Origin: Alphaproteobacteria bacterium
GTDB lineage: Bacteria > Pseudomonadota > Alphaproteobacteria > MPNO01
Direction: 5' to 3'
DNA length: 64,000 nt
Assembly (NCBI GenBank): GCA_965203455.1
Contig: CBDBCV010000008.1
Span: 2,604-66,603, forward strand
Shown here in pieces: positions 58,135 to 64,000 of the stretch. The translations under genes were made by a program, and so were the position numbers. The notes below the pieces were generated by a model that saw only the letters and a program-made list of their open reading frames with translations, searched no databases and had not been told where the DNA came from. Positions within the stretch are counted from its first letter, which is position 1, and each line of letters begins with the position of its first letter.

Positions 58135-59954
58135 GCGCTCCCAGAACCGTACGTGAACCTCTCAGCTCATACGGCTCCCAGCGTCCGGCCCTGCCCGTGC
58201 ACAAGGGTCCAATGGGCGAACCGCCACGGCTCCGCTTTCGCGATTCTGGCAAGCCAGAGACGAGCCTGACGCGGTCGTTGTCGGAAGCGTTTGAACTTCC
58301 GCATTGCCCATCGCTGCAAGTGGGCGTCTATCAGACGAAGGGTCGGATAGAGCGCCGACTTGTAGAATGCGCCGAAGTAGCCGATCCACCCTGCAATTTC
58401 GCGATGAAACATGCGGGCAAGGTCAAGCAGTGCCTTGTCGCTACGCCGTTGCAAACGCCACTGTCGCACGCGGCGCCGAAACGCCTTGAGCGCAGTCGGG
58501 CTGGCAGCCGGAAGGAACGAGACCCCGAACAACCCGCCGCGCCACGCCGCGAACCTTGGCTGGAAACGGTAGCCCAGGAAGTCGAACGCGACCGTCGGGT
58601 AGTCCGCCTTGCGGTTGGTATCCTTGCAGTAGACCACCTTGGTCTTCTGCGGATGGACCTCCAGGCCGCACTCGGCCAATCGGTCCGCAACCCGCCGCCA
58701 GAGGGTCTTTGCCGCCTCCTCCGTTCGACAATGGCAGATTATATCGTCCGCATACCGTTCGAACGGAACATGCGGCATCGACCTTTTCATCCATTGATCG
58801 AACGCATAGTGCAGGAACAGGTTGGACAATACTGGCGAAATTACCCCGCCCTGTGGCGTGCCCCTGTCCCGTGCGACAACGGTGCCGTCCTCCTCGATCA
58901 CGGGAGCCTTCAACCAGCGCTCGACATAGAGCAGCACCCACCGGCAGTCCGTATGGTGACGAACGGCCTTCAGCAGCAACTCGTGGTCGATGTTGTCGAA
59001 GAACCCCTTGATGTCCATGTCCAGCACCCAGTCGTAGCGCCAGCATCGCCGACGCGCTGTCCGGATGGCGTCAATGGCGGATCGCTTCGGCCGATATCCG
59101 TATGAGTCCTCATGGAAAATCGGTTCCAACAAGGGCTCCAGATGTCGGCGAACAACCTCCTGAGCGATGCGGTCCGTGACCGTCGGTATGCCCAACGGGC
59201 GCTTCCCGCCGCCCTCCTTGGGGATGTTCACCCTGCGAACCGGAGGCGGCATATAGCTGCCTGAGGACATGCGATTCCAGAGCTTGTAGAGTTCCGGACC
59301 AAGCCGTTCCTCCAGACTCTCGACCGTCTGCCCATCTACTCCAGCCGCTCCCCGGTTTGCCTTCACATGCTTGAAGGCTTCCCAGACTTCCCTCTTTGCT
59401 ATCGGGAACGGCTTTGCCCCTGTCATCCGGCTCCTCCTGTCACCAGTTGGCCGACGGCAGCGGCTGAACACCACAGCCCCTTCGGTCCAGCGCCATTACA
59501 GCGCCTTCATCCCTACTACGGGCTGTTCTGCCCCTGTGCCCCGCATCGGTACTCTGAGCCTTCCGGGGGCTGCCCGGTTGGCCGTCTCCCTTGGCATCGG
59601 GACGACAGGTTCTCCTGTTCCGCAAGAAAGCCTGTTCCGGGTTCACGCCGCCTTCGAGCCGGATGCCGCGTGGGCCGGACTCCAGGACTCCGCCCATGCT
59701 TGTCCCGGAGTGACCACCACCCCCGGTTCTGACATCGACCATACGCTTTCGGCAGTTCATCGGCGGTTCGCTTTCGCTCGTCTCCCCGGACCTCACCTGA
59801 CGAGATCGTCGTCCCGCCGTTTCCACGACGCTCACCACCATCGCTCTTTACGACAGCAGCTCGTGGTGGTTTGAGACCGACGCCTGATCGTCGACCCCGA
59901 GGGGCCTACCCTCATCTCTCTTGCAGTTGCGCACCTCCTTTCATGGCGGTGCTT
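58132..59954 (-). mobile_element. Group II intron (copy 2). Boundaries ±10 bp.
   Basis: Identical to the 26400..28222 copy. Confidence 0.9.
58167..59474 (-). CDS. Group II intron RT/maturase (copy 2)
   Basis: Identical to 26435..27742. Confidence 0.93.
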   Translation of the reverse strand: MVFSRCRRPTGDRRSRMTGAKPFPIAKREVWEAFKHVKANRGAAGVDGQTVESLEERLGPELYKLWNRMSSGSYMPPPVRRVNIPKEGGGKRPLGIPTVTDRIAQEVVRRHLEPLLEPIFHEDSYGYRPKRSAIDAIRTARRRCWRYDWVLDMDIKGFFDNIDHELLLKAVRHHTDCRWVLLYVERWLKAPVIEEDGTVVARDRGTPQGGVISPVLSNLFLHYAFDQWMKRSMPHVPFERYADDIICHCRTEEAAKTLWRRVADRLAECGLEVHPQKTKVVYCKDTNRKADYPTVAFDFLGYRFQPRFAAWRGGLFGVSFLPAASPTALKAFRRRVRQWRLQRRSDKALLDLARMFHREIAGWIGYFGAFYKSALYPTLRLIDAHLQRWAMRKFKRFRQRPRQARLWLARIAKAEPWRFAHWTLVHGQGRTLGAV

Positions 59955-60529
59955 CAGGACACACGGTGATCGCAATACTTCGAGACCAGCACATGCGCCA
60001 GAAGGCCGGGGCCCGGTCGGCCGCGCTCGATCGGTCGCGGCGGCAGCGGCGCCTGGTGGAACTTCTCGCAGCCGCCGCAGGCCAGGCGCGGACGGACGAT
60101 GCGCTTCACCACGAAGCGGCCGGGGATGTACTCCAGCTCCTCCGTCACATCCTCGCCGAGCCGCTTGAGACGGCCGCCGCAGTCCGCGCAGCGCTCGCCC
60201 GGCGCGAGAACCGTCTCCTCGCGCGGCAGGTGGTCCGGCAGGGGACGGCGCTTCGGCTGCTTCTTCGTGGCGGGCGTCGGCTCGGTCGGCGCCTCGGCCG
60301 CCCGCGCGATCTCCTCGTCCTCCAGCCCGAGATCAAGCTGGTCGAGGGCCTCCGAGGTGACGCCGAAGCGCTGCCGCCGCAGACCCGCAAGCTGGTGCCT
60401 GAGCTTCTCGATCAACAGATCGCGGTTGCGCAGCTCGGCGTCCCGTGCCGCCAGTTCGGCCCGCGAGGCCAGCACCATCGCCTTCAACGCGGCGATGTCG
60501 TCGGGCAGGGAATGGGCCGCTTCGAGCAT
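59954..60529 (-). CDS. tnpC: IS66 TnpC N-terminal part (copy 2)
   Basis: Identical to 28222..28797. Confidence 0.9.
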   Translation of the reverse strand: MLEAAHSLPDDIAALKAMVLASRAELAARDAELRNRDLLIEKLRHQLAGLRRQRFGVTSEALDQLDLGLEDEEIARAAEAPTEPTPATKKQPKRRPLPDHLPREETVLAPGERCADCGGRLKRLGEDVTEELEYIPGRFVVKRIVRPRLACGGCEKFHQAPLPPRPIERGRPGPGLLAHVLVSKYCDHRVS

Positions 60530-60603
60530 GGCCGCATCCTACCCGAAGGGGCCGACAAAGGGAAGCCCGAATGACAGTCAACCCATTGTTTATAAACGGT
60601 GAA

Positions 60604-60978
60604 TCAGCCCGCGGCCAGCGGTCTCCAGGTGCGAACCGGCGCCCGCCAGTCGATCCCCTCAAGCAGCATCGACAGCTGCGCCGGCGTCACCGACACCTTC
60701 CCTTCCGATGCCGACGGCCACACGAAGCGGCCGCGCTCCAGACGCTTCGAGAACAGGCACGCACCCTGGCCGTCCCACCAGATCATCTTGATCAGGTCGC
60801 CCCGGCGGCCGCGGTAGATGAAGAGATGGCCGCAATGCGGATCCGCCTTCAATACCCGCTCCGCCTGCGCCGCGAGACCGGGGAACCCCTTGCGCATGTC
60901 GGTCACGCCGCAGGCCAGCCATACCCGGGTCGAGGAGGGAACCGGGATCATCCGCCAAGCGCCCGCACCACCCGGCAC
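60604..60978 (-). CDS. tnpB: IS66 TnpB (copy 2)
   Basis: Identical to 28872..29246. Confidence 0.9.
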   Translation of the reverse strand: MPGGAGAWRMIPVPSSTRVWLACGVTDMRKGFPGLAAQAERVLKADPHCGHLFIYRGRRGDLIKMIWWDGQGACLFSKRLERGRFVWPSASEGKVSVTPAQLSMLLEGIDWRAPVRTWRPLAAG

Positions 60979-61295
60979 AGCGCGTCCGCGTCGAACGACC
61001 CGAACGCGCTCACCCGGTGGCCGTTCGACAACGCGATCTCGATCCGACCGTCCGATGCCGCGGCCGGCTCCAACGGCAGCGCATCGGGCACCACCTCCAC
61101 CGGCAGGAAGGACGGCGCCTCCCCGGCATCGGCCGCCGGCCTGTAACGGGGATCGCGCCGCCAGGTGAAGATCAGGTTGGCGTTGACGTCATAGCGGCGC
61201 GCCACAACCGACACCGAGACACCGGGAGCGTAGCTCTGCGCCACGATCCGGCGCTTCTCGTCGTCCGACCAGAACCGGCGTACCCGACGTGGCAC
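60948..61295 (-). CDS. tnpA: IS66 TnpA (copy 2)
   Basis: Identical to 29216..29563. Confidence 0.9.
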   Translation of the reverse strand: MPRRVRRFWSDDEKRRIVAQSYAPGVSVSVVARRYDVNANLIFTWRRDPRYRPAADAGEAPSFLPVEVVPDALPLEPAAASDGRIEIALSNGHRVSAFGSFDADALCRVVRALGG

Positions 61296-61414
61296 CGCAG
61301 CCCCCTAAGATAGTGTCCATTAGCCGATAATGGACACTATCGACCTCTGGAACCTCACCACAGACTGCGGCTCCAAGCCGTCTCGCCACAAGGGCGGTCA
61401 CGCCAGACGCTTAC

Positions 61415-61531
61415 GCTGAGCGAGGCGATCGACGCGGTGGAGCGCGGCGAGGATCCGCCGGGCACATTGCGGGACCCGGCCGACGGGATCGTCGTGGTGC
61501 CGTCGGGCAACGAGGTCATCGCCCCCGGATA
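61415..61531 (+). pseudogene. 3'-terminal fragment of an unknown gene, truncated by IS66 copy 2.
   Basis: Open frame from the IS end: '…LSEAIDAVERGEDPPGTLRDPADGIVVVPSGNEVIAPG*'. Confidence 0.35.
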
Positions 61532-61537
61532 GGCGAT

Positions 61538-62764
61538 CTATTCCTTCGGAATCAGGTTGCCGGGCACGTTGATTCCGCTCGCGCCCCATCTGTCCGGGTG
61601 GCCGCGCTCGTATTGGCGCGGATAGGCCATCGGCTCTCCCAGCTCCCGCGCCGCATGCCAGACCCATCGCGGGTTGAACAGCATCGGCCGCGCCATGGCG
61701 ATCATGTCGGCCTGTCCGCGCACCAGGATGTCTTCGGCCTGACGAGGCTCGCCGATCTGGCCGACCGCGATGACCGGCATGTCGACCGCGGCCTTCACGG
61801 CCTCGGCGAACCCGGTCTGGTATCCCGGCCCCACGGCGATTTGCTGCTCCGGGCTCAACCCCCCGCTCGAAACGTGGATGTAATCGCACCCGCGCGCATC
61901 CAGCGCCCGGGCGAGTTTGACGGTCTCTTCGACGGACCAGCCGCCGGTCATCCAATCGGTCGCGGACACCCGCATGCCGACCGGGAGGTCGGCCGGCCAA
62001 ACCGCCCGGACGGCGTCGAAAACGTCGAGCGCGAATCGCATCCGGTTGGCCAGACTTCCCCCATACTCGTCGTTGCGCCGGTTGGTCAGCGGCGACAGAA
62101 ACTGGTGGATCAGATAGCCGTGCGCGCCGTGGAGTTCGATGACCTTTACGCCGGCGCGTTTCGCACGTTCGGCAGCGTCGACGAAACATTGGATCACATC
62201 GGAAACGGCATCGGCCGACAGCGGGCTCGGCGACGGCCATTTGTCCGAGAGCGGCACCGCCGAGGGAGCGACCGCTTCATAACCCCCTTCATCGACCGGT
62301 AGGGGTCCCCCGCCCTTCCAGGGTTCCCGCGCCGACGCCTTGCGACCGGCATGGCAAAGCTGAACCCCGAAATGCCCGTCGCTATGCGCTTCGAAGAACC
62401 GCGCGATGCGCGCAACCGCGATTTCCTGCGCGTCGGAGTAGAGGGAGAGGCAGCTCGGCGCATTGCGCGCGCGCGCCGCGACATAGGTGGACGCGGTCAG
62501 CACCAGCGCGGCGCCCGACACCGCATACTGGCCGAGATGCATCAGGTGCCAGTCGCCCGCCACGCCGTCATCGGCGGAAAACTGCGTCATCGGCGCGACG
62601 ACGATGCGGTTGGGAAGCCTCAGACCGCGCAACTCTATCGATTCGAACAGTTTCGACGCGATCGTGTCCCGAGCCGTGGTGTAAGAGCCTGGCGGCCGTC
62701 GCGGTATCCGGCGGGTAGGGCCGGTAGGCTCAGGCTGCCACGGCGGGCAGCTTGACGGTTGCAT
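61538..62764 (-). CDS. Old-Yellow-Enzyme-family NADH:flavin oxidoreductase. Native start unresolved (5' end abuts or overlaps the IS256 end).
   Basis: '[12 protein letters not shown]…DWHLMHLG' N-terminal signature. '[14 protein letters not shown]'. TIM-barrel length. The first ~30 listed residues look IS-derived. Confidence 0.75.
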   Translation of the reverse strand: MQPSSCPPWQPEPTGPTRRIPRRPPGSYTTARDTIASKLFESIELRGLRLPNRIVVAPMTQFSADDGVAGDWHLMHLGQYAVSGAALVLTASTYVAARARNAPSCLSLYSDAQEIAVARIARFFEAHSDGHFGVQLCHAGRKASAREPWKGGGPLPVDEGGYEAVAPSAVPLSDKWPSPSPLSADAVSDVIQCFVDAAERAKRAGVKVIELHGAHGYLIHQFLSPLTNRRNDEYGGSLANRMRFALDVFDAVRAVWPADLPVGMRVSATDWMTGGWSVEETVKLARALDARGCDYIHVSSGGLSPEQQIAVGPGYQTGFAEAVKAAVDMPVIAVGQIGEPRQAEDILVRGQADMIAMARPMLFNPRWVWHAARELGEPMAYPRQYERGHPDRWGASGINVPGNLIPKE

Positions 62765-64000
62765 TGTCGCTCACGGGAGCGATTGATTCCAGCGTCATGT
62801 ATCTGGCCCTCTGGACGGCCCATTCGTCGTTCTGCTCGAGCAGGATGGCGCCGATCAGCCGTGTTATGGCGTCCTCGTTGGGGAAGATGCCGACGGTGTT
62901 GGTACGCCGCTTGATCTCGCCATGGAGTCGTTCGAGCGGGTTTGTCGAGTGCAGCTTGGGGCGATGCGCGGCCGGGAAGGTCATGTAGGCGAGAACGTCG
63001 TGCTCGGCCTCGTCCATGAGAGCGGCGAGCTTCGGCGCCTTGGCCCTGAGCTGGTCGGCGACCTGGCGCCACTGGGCGGAGGCGCTGTCTGCATCCTCCT
63101 GGGCGAAGGCGGTGGTGACGAAGGCGGACACGACGCGCCGGCCCTGCTTGCCGGCATGGGCGAGCAGGGTGCGCATGAAGTGGACGCGGCAGCGCTGCCA
63201 TGTGGCGCCGAGGACGCGCGTTGCAGCCGCCTTCAGGCCCTTGTGGTCATCGGAGACGACCAGCTTGACGCCGCGCAGGCCGCGGCGGGCCAGGGAGCGC
63301 AGGAAGGAGGTCCAGAAGGTCTCGGCCTCGGACGCGCCGATCGCCATGCCGAGCACCTCGCGGCGGCCCTGGTCGTTGACCGCCACCGCGATCGTGACCG
63401 CGACCGAGACGACGCGCCCGGCCTCGCGCATCTTCACATAGGTCGCGTCCAGCCACAGATACGGCCAGTCGCCCTCCAGCGGGCGGTCGAGGAAGTCGCG
63501 GATCTTGCCGTCGATCTCACCGCACAGCCGCGACACCTGGCTCTTCGAGATGCCCGACATGCCCATGGCCTGCACCAGGTCGTCCACCGAGCGGGTCGAC
63601 ACGCCCTTGATGTAGGCCTCCTGGATCACCGCCGTCAGCGCCTTCTCCGCCATGCGACGCGGCTCCAGGAAGCCCGGGAAGTAGCTCCCCTTGCGCAGCT
63701 TCGGGATCTTCAGCTCCACCGTGCCCGCGCGCGTCTCCCAGACCCGGTCCCGGTAGCCGTTGCGATGGGTGAGCCGGTCCGGCGAACGCTCGCCGTGTGC
63801 GGCTCCCGCAAGGCCCTCCACCTCAAGCGCCATCAAACGCTCGGCCGTGAACCCGATCATCTCGCGAAGCAGATCGGCGTCCGAACTCTTCTCCAAAAGC
63901 GCCTGCAGGGTCATCATGTCCTTGGTGGTCATCGTGGTACTCCTCCGGTCGGATGGACTGTAGAAGCCCAACCCTAACCGGCACCGCGATGGCCATCCGC
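62690..64000 (-). mobile_element. Second IS256-family IS, running off the window end (left IR truncated by the window).
   Basis: Related IR-like sequences at 62691–62721 and 63972–64000. Mutator-type transposase inside. Confidence 0.7.
62730..63932 (-). CDS. IS256-family transposase (second, distinct sequence)
   Basis: '…[12 protein letters not shown]…' DDE core. '[10 protein letters not shown]'. Start probably at 'MTTKDMM'. Confidence 0.85.
   Translation of the reverse strand: MTTKDMMTLQALLEKSSDADLLREMIGFTAERLMALEVEGLAGAAHGERSPDRLTHRNGYRDRVWETRAGTVELKIPKLRKGSYFPGFLEPRRMAEKALTAVIQEAYIKGVSTRSVDDLVQAMGMSGISKSQVSRLCGEIDGKIRDFLDRPLEGDWPYLWLDATYVKMREAGRVVSVAVTIAVAVNDQGRREVLGMAIGASEAETFWTSFLRSLARRGLRGVKLVVSDDHKGLKAAATRVLGATWQRCRVHFMRTLLAHAGKQGRRVVSAFVTTAFAQEDADSASAQWRQVADQLRAKAPKLAALMDEAEHDVLAYMTFPAAHRPKLHSTNPLERLHGEIKRRTNTVGIFPNEDAITRLIGAILLEQNDEWAVQRARYMTLESIAPVSDNATVKLPAVAA

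Larger units (their letters stand above)
57102..61414 (-). mobile_element. IS66-family element copy 2 with its group II intron. Identical to copy 1 and in the same orientation.
   Basis: Every ORF matches copy 1 at an offset of 31,732 bp. Same IRs. No flanking duplication. Confidence 0.9.

Noticed and set aside
1-64000. CRISPR repeat-spacer array.
   Set aside because: Scanned inter-ORF regions, especially 25190–25368, 39127–40900 and 46251–46925, for ≥3 regularly spaced 28–37-bp direct repeats. None found. Only the single repeat-like tracr candidate at 39136–39300 was seen.

Overview
The window is high-GC and alphaproteobacterium-like, and it has two parts. Bases 1–25.3 kb are ordinary core chromosome with canonical housekeeping genes. 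From about 25.37 kb to the window end it is a heavily rearranged accessory/defense island saturated with insertion sequences.

Core part, in order:
- The phosphate-transport operon pstC(partial)-pstA-pstB-phoU-phoB.
- An AmpG-family MFS transporter, typA/bipA, and a PfkB kinase.
- A CysZ/EI24-like membrane protein, a bactofilin, a lipoprotein-like ORF, and nth.
- A DUF2244 membrane protein, an Ada-like AraC/MGMT fusion, dapB, sspB, and thyA.
- A membrane-anchored DEDDh exonuclease, a CBS/DUF294 nucleotidyltransferase, a CBS-BON protein, and ridA.
- A Rieske dioxygenase alpha/beta pair, a DLH–SnoaL fusion, and a TAXI-TRAP transporter.

Island part:
- Two identical 4.3-kb copies of an IS66-family element (tnpA-tnpB-tnpC) lie in direct orientation, 31.7 kb apart, and flank the island like a composite transposon. 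The tnpC gene of each copy is split by a complete group II intron that carries its own reverse transcriptase.
- Inside the island is a wrecked type II (probably II-C) CRISPR-Cas locus. cas9 is cut by an IS256 at its start codon, by an IS91-family element, and by an IS3-family element. cas1 is 3'-truncated by an IS66 fragment. cas2 and the CRISPR array are absent from the window. A structured tracrRNA-like remnant lies upstream of cas9.
- The island also holds three identical copies of a 1342-bp IS3-family element. Two of them split a low-GC PD-(D/E)xK nuclease-like gene that follows an MBL-fold hydrolase and two small proteins.
- A third, rearranged IS66 has its tnpC inverted and translationally coupled to a D12 adenine methyltransferase.
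- A two-gene cassette of paralogous P-loop ATPases follows. The second (1249 aa) has a STAND-like layout: ATPase, winged helix, then about 13 tandem TPR-like units. It sits behind a strong sigma70 promoter with an overlapping palindrome. I rate this cassette the best candidate for an undescribed defense or signalling system.
- The island ends with a 5'-truncated ssb, the second IS66::intron copy, a gene fragment, an OYE-family reductase whose start is disturbed, and a second IS256 that runs off the window end.

No tRNA or rRNA genes and no CRISPR repeat array were found.
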